A DNA stretch of 64,000 nucleotides, taken from NCBI RefSeq assembly GCF_006345805.1, contig NC_043000.1, positions 85,622,001 through 85,686,000 on the forward strand, given 5' to 3'. The notes under the pieces were generated by a model. The model was not told the origin of the DNA. It did not search any database and saw nothing but the letters and a program-made list of their open reading frames with translations. Both the position numbers and the translations under genes were made by a program. Positions 24,607 to 38,500 of the stretch are shown here, one piece after another. The stretch's first letter is position 1, and each line of letters begins with the position of its first letter. This DNA comes from Octopus sinensis (lineage: Eukaryota).

Positions 24607-27600
24607 TCTCTCCTCTCTTTCTCTCTCTCCTCATCAAATATTTGCTATCTATTTTAGAATTTTGGTGTTGAGGAAATGTCCAACAAATTCAATGAGTGTA
24701 AAGCAGCTTTAGAAGATCTGCAAGCTGGGGTAAATATCGAAACTCTTTAACAGTTCCTTTCAAGTTAAACTGCTAAAGCAGTTCATTTTTCTGATACCAA
24801 TGATAGCACCCTTGATAATCTAAATTGCAGTATACTATAAATATCTTTGTGGAAATACCAAATGACATAAATGCACACTAAAAATAAAGTCTTACATTTT
24901 ATCAACCTTATAATTTTGTTGGAATTGGAAGTCAGATTTGAAAGTCATTCCAATAAAGTCAATTAGGTAACTTACTCTCTATTCTGTACATGTGTTTAAT
25001 GTTGCTATATACTTTCATAGGCTCAAGATTTCTTGAAAAACTATGGTATAAAAGATCAAGGAAGCCATGGAGATTATACAGAAATTGATTTTGATATGAT
25101 GAAAACTGCCCCCTTTTTACAGTCTGTTCCACAACAGCCAATTCCTGAAGCAATATTTGAAGTATGACTTTTTTCTTTTTAATTTCTAATTCATATATTT
25201 TAATTTTTCATTCTATGCATAAAGTGAACATTTATTTGAATATTTATTTTATATGTGTCTTTGAGTACCAGCTTTTCTACTATGGAATGAAACTAGTAGC
25301 TGTACATGTAGCTATACTGACTAATTAGTTAGTACCTGAGTTGGGGGGGGCAGTGTTATATTATTGGAAGCAAAAATCAATCAGGGAAATGCCATTTTGG
25401 AATTTTAGATGATGGTTTTAGAGGACTTCATAATTAGATTAAATACCTCATTAAAAAATGATGTAGACACATGATATAACTCATTCTTTTTGTATTACAA
25501 AATCTAAAGCAACTGAAACTGGAAGGAAGAGTATACCTTTGAGGGCCTAATGCTCAAAATTAGACATATAAAGTCAAGAATACACCTTGTAAAGCTACTC
25601 ATCAGCTGGTATATAATTTTATATTTCATTCTCTCATTGAAGACTCTTTACCAAGCACTTTGTTTTCATGTAGCTCATCTAAAACCAATGTAATAGTTTT
25701 CAACTGTAACTAAGTCCTCTTCCTTATTTTCAAGAAAGCAAAAGAGAAAATAGATCTGTATTAGCAAAGGAAAATTCTGACTTGCCTTCTGGAATGGAGT
25801 AATTCTAACATATTCTTTACTAAACCCCATAAAAAAAAACATTCTTCGTAATATACTTCAACTAAAAATAAAGTAGCTACATGATTACTGTTCATGTTAA
25901 TTTCATAATTATATCCAAACAAAAATATTGTTGCTATATTTAAAATGAGCCACTACTCTCATTCCCTGTGTGAGCTCATTTCATAATTGGTGGCCTATTA
26001 ACCCTTGTCCTCCTTTCTTTTTTACTGTTATTACAATAGCTTCTCTGAATTTGGTAACTTCCTTCTGTATGTAAAGCTATACATTCCTATTACTCCCTCT
26101 ACATAGTGTTTCTCTTCCCAAATCTAATATTAAATATTTTGCCTATCCTACTACACTTGAACTTATGAAATTCCTACTTACTTACGTTTTCCTATCATGT
26201 AAAAGCATACAGTTGTTCAGAACTAAACATCAGCCACACCAGCCTAGTTATCACAATCTTATTCATTCTCTATTGCAAGTGTTCTTTAATCTACTTTTAT
26301 TGTTTACTGAAGCAATGTAGCTGATGTGGGTTATTCTCTTCACTAGTCCTAGGATGCTAGTAACCCAGCTATAGGCAATCAATAGACATAATATTCCAGT
26401 ACTTTTACCATTTGCTTACTTTTGTAGGCTGGTTAGAAGTAGATTTAAGAATTTAAATATTTTAAATAGATAAAGTGCTCTTGATAAAAGAGTAAAGACT
26501 ATTTAATGTATATCTTTTAGGAAATCTATTCATATACCCTTGTAATTAGGATGAATGTATAAAATAATGATGCTCATTATATATTAGAATAATTAATGAG
26601 TAATTAATTGCAGTCTTATTACTAGAATCCTAATATTTTCTACTTGAATGTCAGTTGTGCTCCAACATAGAGATTTTAAAAGGAAAACTATGTTAGCATG
26701 TAAAAGTAACAGCTATAAAATTAATGGTGATTACATTACTGTCATTTTTGATTTTCAGGTTCGGGCTGTGAAACATGGAAAACCAATGGGTCGAGTAACA
26801 TTAAAAGTTGATGTTCAAACTGGCCGTTTGTTTGCTGTAAAACCTTCCAAAGATATTTTAGATGCTAGTAACACATTCTCCCATGAAAAAAGTAATCTGC
26901 TACTTTCTCTTTTTTTCAAAACATATCTTTATTCAAAATGCAAATAAATATTGGAAAAAATGTATCTAAATGCTGAGTGTAAAGTTGCTGCAAAATAGTT
27001 AGTGATACCAGGAGTTCAAGAGTTTAATATTAAATGTCAGTGCACATGAAATATTTAGTGTGAACAACAAAGTGGGGTTTTTTTGTTTCTCTTTTTCTGT
27101 TCTGTATTTTGGCATGTTGTTTTCTTTATAACAAATAGTGAATGCTGCAGTTGTAAATTATCGGCAAAACTGGTTTTATTCCTATTTGAAATTATTTTGC
27201 TTCACTTTTTCTAGAAACAACTTTTAGAAAGACATGAGCATCAAAGATTCCCACGTGCATCCTCAATATTTCATAACACTTAAAAAGCAGACACAGTCCT
27301 TCAACTAGCTTATAATATCTATTCCTCTCTTTTTGTCTCCTGTATGAAACTAATTATGCCTCTTGAAATCATCCATTTCTGAAGTAAAGCATTATACAAC
27401 TAGTCTTTTGTTTAAAACTATTATCATTTTAGTATCAGTACTAATAACAGTTTCATAAATTCTGTGCAAGCACTTATATTCTTCTTGATATTCTAACTAG
27501 CACTATCCCCCTTAGTAATTAGAGTGCTTAAGTGGTACTTGAAGTTTCAAAGGGAAAACAGTGTGGTCTCAAATTATTTTCACTGCAAGCTTCAGTTATG

Positions 27601-28904
27601 AAGTTAGATGGTTTTTGATGTCCTCTTTCTCTTTTTCTGCTAATGTTAAGTTGCTGGAATAACAATTATATTTACTTATTTACAAGACAACAAATTCAGT
27701 GCAAAACATCAAGATCAAAATGGTTGTTAGCATTGCAAGTAAATATGGTAATAGTGGTTAGGACTTAAATAACCTCTTACTCTGCTTATAACTAATCTAC
27801 TGTGAGGAAACAGTTCATCTTTTCTGTTCAAAACATCAAGCTTGTCTTCTAATTTACAGCAAAATATTTTATTGCACTTTACAAACTATGCATACATTTG
27901 TCTGTTGTTAAATAGGGAAAAAACTATCTGACTTGGAAACAGGTGGCAGTTGGTGGCAGCTGTAGAAAACTTGTCACACAAATAGTACTGCACTCTATGT
28001 ATACAGTTTTGTAGGTGCAGGCATAGCTGTGTGGTTAGGAACCTTGCTTCCTAGCTACATGGTTTCAGGTTCAGTCCCAGTGTATGGCATCTTGGGCAAG
28101 TGTCTTCTGCTATAGCATCAGGCCAACCAAAACCTTGTGATTGAATTTGGTAGGTGGAAGTTTCCATTATGTTTGTACATGTGTGTGTAAGTGCTTGTGC
28201 CTCCTAAACAGAGAGGTAGGAAAATGTCCGTATTTGAATATACAGGCATATGTATGTATTTCAATATACACTTATGTGTATATACATATATACACACACA
28301 TATACAGGAATCCCTCACTTTACAGAAGTAATGTATTCCTGAAATTCTGGCCATAACACAAAATTCTGTAATGCAAAATAAATTTTCCTATTGATTTTTC
28401 ATATGAAGTGACATTGCATTCCTACAAACTTTTTGAGAAAAAAAAAAGAAGCATAAGAAAACAACAGAAAACAAACAACACAATTACTTTTATACTTGCA
28501 AACAACTATTTCTAAACATACATGGTACAATATAGATACATAAAAACACAAAAACATTTCAAGAGGAACTCGGTCACATTATTTATGACTTCTTCAAATT
28601 CTGTATCCTTTGCAAGTGTCACAATATCTTTCTGATGTGATACAGACTTTTTGCTTGAGAAAAACTTATATCATGGATACAGTCTGGCCCTATACTTAGC
28701 TATATATCTACAACATTCGTTATGTTGAATTTCTTCCAGAAACCTCTAATTGTAGGTTTATCTTACTTGTCAATTACTTTCATAGGTTGTAAATGAGATG
28801 AAATTTGAAGTACTGTGGTAAAAATTAAAAAAGCACTATATGATTAAAGTTAGCTGAAGGGTCACCAGATTTTATATACATACATATGTGTGTGTATATC
28901 TATC

Positions 28905-28951
<47 letters not shown>

Positions 28952-31900
28952 ACAAACAAGAGAAACTGTTAATAAATGTTGTAGAGTTTGTTCATTCATT
29001 AGAACCTAAGGTTTTTGTTTCTAATCCCAATTTCTCCATATCTTCTATCTTCCATTTACAGAGACAAACACATGTGAGGTGAAGTGTATAAAGAAGGCAT
29101 AGGAGTTATCTTTTTCTGAACAAAAACTTATTAGGATGATCGATTGACATTCAAATTTCGTTTTTTGCTTTTATGCTTCTAAGCTTTGATTATTTTTATT
29201 GATTTACTAACCTACTATTTATTAAATGCTACTTATTTCATACTGTATCCTATTACTACATGCATACACCAGGATTTGAACCCTTTTGATGCCAACCCAC
29301 ATGTGACCACTTCTGATTCTATGATAGAAACTTCCTGTTTTAAAGTGATCTAAATTTAAAACAACACCAGCTTAACATTGACAAAGTTATTTCACTAACT
29401 TCTTCATTATTTTCATAATTAATTGAAACAAAGGCAGTATATTTCAGTGGAATAACAGTAACAGAAAGGTTAAATATTTCACATTTTGCTTATTTTACTA
29501 AAAAAAAATTCTTGTGCTTTTCATTTTTCCTTTATCATCTAGTTTCCTTGAATTTTATTTTTTAACTTTGTTACCTTATTTATGATGAAATATACTATCC
29601 TTGTTCCAATTTTGAAAATAGTGAAGAATTTAGTAAAACAACTAAATCATCATTAAGCTGGTGTTTGGAATATAAATGAAATTTTGCTGGAAGGTTTTAA
29701 TGTAGATCACTTTAAAAGAGGGAATTTGTATCATAGAACCAAGGGCAATTTCAGGCTGGTTGGTATTAAAAGGGTTAACTTGGAGTTTCTTTTCCCCTTA
29801 GTTGATAGTCAACTCTAATTTTGTCTATTATATAGTTGAACCTTAATCTGTTGATTTTATATGTTAGCAAAGTGCCGGAATAAAAGAGGTTGGACATACT
29901 TTATTTTGACTTCTTTCTTTTAGTGGCTGATATTTTCTTTCTCTCACTTAATGTTCCCAGAATTTTGTAATGAAAGACTCCACCATATTCAATACCTAGG
30001 ATACCATTTACACTTTGAATTTCATGGTTAATGCCAATTTAGCTCTCTAAGCATAATAATGATGCACTCTCTTATATGATTTTGATTTTGATTTTTCCAG
30101 TTTCAGCTCATGAGCTGTGGCCATGCTGGGGCACCGCCATTTATATCAATATAAATTAATTAATACTAAATTAGTTATCAGGATTTGCTCATATCTTGTT
30201 AATCAATAAAAGAGATTCTAGATTTTATCCTCATTATTTTCATTTATTTCTCTCCAATTTTTGTATAAAATCATGCATATTATTTACAACCATCATTCTA
30301 CATGTTTGTATTTTTTCATTAGTTTTGCAGCTGATCAAAAAATCAACTGATAACTGTCGACTGGATATTGTAATAGAAGGGAAAAAGACATTTACTTATC
30401 AATTTGAAAGTGTACATGCCCGAGAAAACTTTTGTCAACATATATGTCAAATGAAGAGCATGCATTCTACTGCAGAAGAAATAGATCAAGTATCTATCTT
30501 TATTGGAACATGGAATATGGGTGAGCATAATTTTCTATCAGTTGACAGAGAATTTAATTTTTTTCTTCCTTCTGTGTTGAATTTACTTATAGGCTTGCTA
30601 AGCTGAAGCCTAATGTCTCAAAATGTAAGAACGCTTCAGCCAAACTGTACAATATTTCTGGCACTGTCGTAGGCCTTTTGTAAGGAGGTTCACATGTGAA
30701 ATAGCCTTGTGCCCCTCTTCATCTAAATCTGGCACTGTTTCAGTTGTTTATTTTCTTTCACCTTTTATTTATTAAAATATGAAATAAATTAATTTTAAAT
30801 TTCAGTAAATAAATAAAATACCCTTTTTAAACACTTCTGTAATTGTTCAAATTCTTGAAATTTTAATTATTATCTATTCCCCTAATAAAAATGTCTGCAT
30901 CATAGAATATTAGACAACATATATATTATTCAAGATATTGTTTTATAAAAATAGTATGAAAATAATTTACTTTGCTTCACAACCATGCACTTTCGGATTC
31001 AGTTTTGCTTTGCAACACATTGGGTGGATGCCTTCCACTATAACCCAAGGCCAACCAAAGCCTTAGGAATGGATTTGGTACACAGAAATTGATAGAAGCC
31101 CATTGTATGTGGGGGGTGGGGTATGTGTCAGGTCTCCCTGTCTTGACATGTGCTAATTGTAAACATATGCCGCCATATGTGTTGAGATTTGTTTGCAATC
31201 TTCCATGAAAACATGTCTGGCCATTGAACTAACATCTATGAAGGACTAGAGGAAATATTAACTTACTTGGAAACAAGTAAGGGTTGGTGATAAGAAGTGC
31301 ATCTGCCTCAACATTTTTCATTTAACCTATGCAAGCATGGAAAGGTGGTCTTCAAAACAACACCATTTACCAGTAAGCTAGTCAATAAATATTGACTGGC
31401 TTACTGGTAAATGGTGTTAATCAAAGTATAATATAATCATCTTGCTTTATAAATATTTATTTCTTAAACAATTCAGTCAGAAACAGAACTCTATGAGGTA
31501 TCAAAAATGTTTAACATTGGTTTGTAAATGATCTTTTAAAAGATTCTAAGATAACATTTATTTTTCTGTTCTACACAGGTACTGCCCCATTTACTGAAAG
31601 TCTTAATAGCTGGGTACGATGTCAAGGAGCAGGAAAAATTCGAGAGCCCCTTGTAATGGGAGTAATTCCTCATGATTTATATGTAATTGGAACCCAGGAG
31701 AGTTCATTAACTGAAAAAGATTGGGTCAACTGCCTAAAAGCTCAACTCAGACTTTCAATGTCTATTGATCCTGAAATCGTATGTTTATTTTTAAATTTAC
31801 TTATTGACTATTTATTGGAATTGAATCGGTGCAAGAATAGTAATCTTTTAAAAAAACAATATTTTGAGATATTTATATATCAAATTGTAATGAAGTCATT

Positions 31901-34900
31901 AGGTATAAGTCATTATCAAATTTATTTTTTGGTCTCACTAGTCTACAGTCATAATTAAACATCAAGCAAGTATATGCTCTTAATTATTACTTTCTGAAAA
32001 GTCTGTGAATTAATTACTTTATGAAATTAGCATATTTTAACCTTGTTTATGCTGATTTATGTGTAAAATTTATTTGTTACTTGAAGTGAAACTTATCTTT
32101 AAATGTTCTTACTGTTATACATAATGTACTTGTTTGCAATAAAACTCTATGTCACTTTCTGAAACTCATCTATTCATTAGTTTGATATTTGTTCCCTTTT
32201 AATAGATATAAGATAAGAATATTCTTAGCGATTAAAAATACTAGAAAAGGAATTATCTTACTTCTTATGAGAATTGTGAACCAGTTGGTAATGTAGTATG
32301 GTTAGAAAAATTCTATATTGGTTTTTAATTAAGAAATGTAAACTGTCAACTAAAGATTTGAATATAATGATTATATATGCATTCATGTGTGTGTGTGTGT
32401 ATCTAGCATTTTCTCATAATTTTTTCATTTTTATTCTTCTTTTTCTTTTTCTCCAGGTATGTGTTTGTTCCCTATGGGGTATACGTCTTGTTGTCTTTAC
32501 AAAAGCAGAACATCAACACAGAATAAGTCATGTGGAGCACAGCAGTGTAAAAACAGGAATTGCCAATGCCCTGGGTAAAAATCTAAATCCTTTCAACTGT
32601 AACTTTATGAACAGTACAATTTGTTTACATTATATTTTGATAAAGTGGGATTAATTTAATTCATATATAAATTTTGTGCTTAGGGTATTCAACTATTAAA
32701 ACAGAAGTACTATTTTTACAGTTGAGTGTAGTGCTCTGTTAATAGAAATTAACGAAGTTGAGCTGGATTTTTGCAAACACAGTATGTGTAAGGATAAAGC
32801 ATTAGAAATCCTTACCAATAATGGAAGTAGACACCTTATTAAACTAATGTCTTGTATCAGTTATGTTTGTAAAATCTTTATACAGCTCTTACTGCCATAT
32901 CATTTTGAATGATATTGAACCTAAGTTGGCACATAATTCTTTTATTATATTTTGTTATTTTTAAAATATGAGAAGTTCTGTTCTATTAAGTGTTCTTAGC
33001 TGGTTATATAACTTTATAATATAAGTACTGATCTCCAACTTTCATAACACATATATAATATAAACTGGTGGGTTTATCCTAATAATCCATTAATTATATT
33101 GGTAAATTAGATAGGTCAGATATTCAAAAAAGATAATCTTTGTAATTTTTTGCACGTATGTCAAATGTATATTCTCTTGTTTTTTTGTTAATAAATAAAT
33201 AGATAATAAATTTTATCTATTTTAATGAGATAATTAAAATTCAAAAATTTTAAGGGATCCTTCTATTAAGAAAATATAGTTGTTTGTGTGGTCCTTTGGG
33301 AATTTAGTGAAAGAAATACAACAGAATCCCAACTCTCCCTCCTTCAGTGACTCTCTCGGGATTCCTCTCCATCTGAGTCTATTGCTTCTTTCTTGTCCCT
33401 TTCCCTCACCACTTATAATGGTGTTTAGCCCCATAAATCCCTTTACACAATTCACCCTATTATCTTTAGTTCCATCACTTTTTACTCAATACTACCTTTG
33501 ATACTACCATGCCAGTCATTAGGTATGACACCTTCTATATTAATTGATTAACTATTTGGAATAATATTATGTCTCCTACCACAATGCATATTTTGAACTT
33601 CTCAGTGTGTGTATGTTTGTTCTGTTATGCAGGATGATTGCTTAGTTAATATCTTTACTGGCTCTTAAGGAAAGAGTTTGGAAACATTTAGAAAAATCTA
33701 AGAGAAATATATGTTTTTAAAAAGATGTGAAAATGCAGATGGTACTATAGATAGTATTATGTGGTAAAAAATATTCTTTAGACAGTAAAAAGTGGACAAA
33801 ATCCCCTACAAGAATTAAATCACATGTTTGTTGAATGCTAAACAGCCAAGACACCAATGAAATGCAGTATTTTTGTTACTGTCAACAGATCTACTAACAG
33901 TGGTCCATCAAATATTATAAAAAGGCTGCAAATCTTTGTCAAGTGAAAAGTAAGCAGTAGATAATGAAAAAAAAAAGAGTCTAAAAATTTGACTGTAGTT
34001 AACACTGGAAGTTAGGTGTATGACGATGTTAACTGCATAAAGATTTTAATTCCTTGTGGTTTTACATTTTTAATATTATATACACCATTTTATTATCCTA
34101 AAAAACATATCAAATATCTAGAATTTTTGAGTGATTAGCTTACCTCAGTTTCAGTTAAAAGCATACCGTAAATCCTCGAGTATAGTCCGCCATTGAGTAT
34201 AATATGTAGGGGATTTTTAGGGGGTTGTGCTTCTGAAAAACCTAAACCTTGTGTATAATACGCACCCCTTCTCTAACTTGAGTCGTGCGTAATTAAGCAG
34301 GCAGCACCTAGTTGAACAAACACTTCCGCGTATGCGTAATACAATAATTGTGGTGTTCTTAACTGTTATATGGGAATGTAAATATGTTTGCAAATTGTTT
34401 TTGTTACATGTTATTCTGTGTTCTGAATACTTTTATTTTAATTAATGTTGCTTACTGCAAGTTATGGATGATTCTTTCATGACTTCATTGCTTTCAGGCT
34501 TAGCTTAAGGTATTTTCGGGCCTGACATCACAAAATGCATCTGAATATACATTGCCAGACAGCAAATAGAGACTCAGACATTGCTTAGAAAATATTTTTC
34601 GTTTTAAACTCGTATATAGTACACGCTAGGGATTTTGACCGTTAAATTTTGGGGAAAAAATGCAGATTATACTCGAGGATTTACTATATTTGAACAGTAG
34701 ATAAATTGATGTGCAGAGATTTTGAGACATTTATAATGTTGTCAGAATATGGTTTTTGTTCATTAAAGTATGTTTGCTTTACACATGTATATTGAATGAA
34801 TATGAATTTATTTCAGGTAATAAAGGTGCTGTGGCAATATCCATGTACTTCAACGGAACGTCCATATGCTTTATCAATTCACACCTTGCTTCACGGAGTG

Positions 34901-35469
34901 AAAGACTAGCCAGGTAACCAAATACAATTTCAACTGTGGTTTGGAATTTCATTTCTGTAAACTTTTATACACACACACACACAAGTTCAAATACAGATTG
35001 CAAACCTCAATAAGGGATAATAATTTCCAATGAATATACTGGTTTGATACCTATTACAAGAAATATTGAGTATTAAAATTGATATTCAACTGTCAGGTAA
35101 CTAGATAAACCGGAGTTTATATATATTTACAAAACAAAAGACAAATAGAGAGATAATTAAATTAATAATTCTTTATTAATTATAAAATTGGACATCATCT
35201 CTGACAGCTGTTTTGATTCCAGGCTTTAGAAGTTAATTAACATTGGGACATGAAAATGTAATGGTATGTCTTTAGCCAACTCCAATGAGATTCAGCTTTA
35301 CTATTTTTTAATTATGCTAATTAATTTCTAAAGCCTTGGATCGAAACAGTTGTCAGACATGATGTCCAATTTTATAATTAATAAATAATTTCTAATTTAA
35401 TTATCTCTCTATTTCTTTTTTTCTTAAATAAATACATACATACATATATATATATATATACATACATAC

Positions 35470-35516
<47 letters not shown>

Positions 35517-38500
35517 CATACGTGTGTATATATATGTGTGTGTGTGTAGAGAGAGAGATATATATACATACCTCTATATATATATATATATATATATATC
35601 TATATACTGTCCAGGCCAGAAGGCTGTACCGGGCTCCAATCTGATCTGGCAAAGTTTCTACAGCTGGATGTCCTTCCTAACGCCAACTACTCTGAGAGTG
35701 TAGCCGGTGCTTTTACGTGCCACTGGCACGAGGGCCAGTCAGGCAATACTGGCATCGGCCACGCTCAGATACTGCTTTTTACATGCCACCTGCACAGGTG
35801 ACAGTCCGGCAACACTGGCAACGACCACGCTTGAATAGTATATATATGTATATATATATATATATATATGTATGTGTATATATTATACAGACACAATATA
35901 TATGTGTGTATTATATATATATATATACACACACATATATATATATACACCTGCTTGTTGTTACTATACCTGTCGTTGTCTTTTGTTTACTGTAAATTTG
36001 AACTATATATGTATTGTGTGTGTGTGTGTGTGTGTGCGCATGTATTTATTTTAGCAAGTATGCTGACAAATTTGTTATCGTTATGATTAAATTGAATGAA
36101 AGTACTCATGCAAGTATATTACAATCTAAAATTTGCAAGTTTCACATAAGTTTGAGCAATGTGAGGGTTTGTGCTTTCTATAGATTAGTGGCATTACTAT
36201 GAAAGGTTATTGAAGGTTTTAAGCTCTTTGCACTTGATGGTTTAGCTGTGTATTGTTTAAGAGGAGAAGAAATGAACTATTGGGAATTTGCTTAATTGAG
36301 ATGTATGGTGGCTGTGTTTTAGTACTGTTCAATCAGACTGAAATATCTAGTACACATTGCAGAATGTATAGAGTAACCTACATTCCTGTTAGATGGAAGA
36401 TTTTGAGAGTGCATTATGTTGGAGGGAGGGTAAACATTTGTTGAGTTTGATGGAATAGAAATAAAAGCTATTAGATTATTTTGTGATGATTAAAAACAAG
36501 AGAGCTCTATGAACATTATCATGACAAAGTGACCTGACAAGAAACTTGTGTTCCAGCTAACTCATGACAGTTAGCATCTATTAATAAGAAGCTTTTTATA
36601 CAAGTCATAGTCGAAGATTTTCTTTTTAAGAGCAACAACTTTACTTTCATTCAAATTTTCAATGGTAGAAATGACACTAGGATAGGAAATGTCCTCATAA
36701 GTCTGGCAATACAGAAATAGGACTGCACTAGTTGTTACTGAGGATAGAAAAAACATCAGTGTGACAAGTGAAGTAATCGTTTTTATCTGAAAATATTGAA
36801 GAGAGTGATAAACAGCAGTTGGAAAGAAGAGATGAATAGTTTCCTTGCTCAGATGACCTAATTTCTTGTTTCAATATCTCAGGATAAACAGCTATAGTAG
36901 AAGCAGCAATAAAGATGACCTGAATAAAAGAACCAGACAAATCAAAAATGGGATATATGCAACTGTCTTTCTTTCTATTTTAGACGCAATCAGAACTATC
37001 GTGATATTATAAAAGGCCTATCTCTAGGGCAGAAACACCTGAATGTATTTGATGTAACAAATCAATTCCATCACGTATTTTGGTTTGGAGATTTAAATTA
37101 TCGAGTTGAAGAAAACATCCATGTAAATTATAAATTCAATTCTTCCTTGTTTTATTATTTATATTTAAGTACCAATTGTTAATATAAATGTTAATAACAT
37201 TCTTACATGCTAACCAGGAATTTTAAAGACTAATATTAATAAGCTCCATATGAAATCATTGTATATATTTTCACTGCTGTGTTTATTTTTTGCAAATATT
37301 AATGGCTCATTTTGTTTTACCTGATTACTATTTGATGATGTTGATGATGCAGAATTCAGGATATAAGAAAACTTAAAATAAAATAATTACTTGAAATAAG
37401 AATATTTATATAATTAATTCTACTAACGAAACAAACACTTTGAGAAGTGATATATAGAAAGTGAAAGCCTTTTTTAATCGAATACTTATTCAGTAAGATT
37501 TTCATTATTATATACTTCTGTTCATTAATCCTTTCATTATTAAGTTCATTTATTTTCCTGTAAATATAAACTTCTTAAATTCTTTAATGAAGGCTTTAAA
37601 TTTTATATTGATAATAAAAGATAAAGGAGCCTTTAAAAAGAATAAGTTGTCAGATTGAAGTGAGGTGGCCACATCAAGTCGAATGTCTGTTCAGACATTT
37701 GTTTGATTTTTCACCAGTAACATTGTTATAGAATTTAGATATTTTTCCAAAAGTATGTTAGTGATAGATATCCTGTACAGAAAAAAAAATTTTATGAAAA
37801 TAATAGATGACAGAAAAAATTGACTATGAGAAGAACTATGTTCCTTTTATTCATTTCCAAATATTTTTGTGATCTTCCATGTCATAGATTGAAACAAAAC
37901 TATATGGTTGGGAAGCAAACTTCTTAACTACATAGTTATTCCTGCATTTATTCTAACCTTTTAGCAATTCATTATAGATATTCAGAGATATACCAAAACT
38001 CTCTGCTAACATTTTTGAACACATGGTTTTAGTTAGAGTCCCTTATACAGAGCCATATGTAAAAACTAGCATTTCACTAAATCTTTCAATTTTATATGCT
38101 CTGACACAAGACAGGGTATTAGCTTAAACCATACAGTTACAGCATTTTAGTCCAATGTGACAAATCATTATAGTTTAATATCACCAATTAATAAAATGTA
38201 TCATAATTCAGAAATGAACTTTACTATTTATAATTTTGTTGACGTGCTTTGTTTTTTATGAAGTTTAATTATTTGAATAAATTTTCTTCTTTTTACTTTG
38301 AGATTAAGAAGTAAAAATATAAAATAAAGTATTTAAAATATTATTTTAACTGATCTTAATTGCACGCTTTGCCTTAGGCATGAATGAAAATATGCTTCAA
38401 ATTTATTTTTAAAGAGTTTAGAAGAAACGTAGAACTTGGTTCAAAATCCTTGATAAAATGTTTTCTTTTATAGTAGTTACTTATTCACCTTTTTTTTCCC

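Noticed and set aside
28303-28790. Tigger/pogo-like element starting ta|caggaatccctcactttac
   Set aside because: Only a left-end-like motif, and a second at ~28678; no matching inverted right end or transposase remnant found.
33234-33501. Overlapping ORFs on both strands in intron 12
   Set aside because: No recognisable motif, and the SHIP model is complete and in frame without an exon here.
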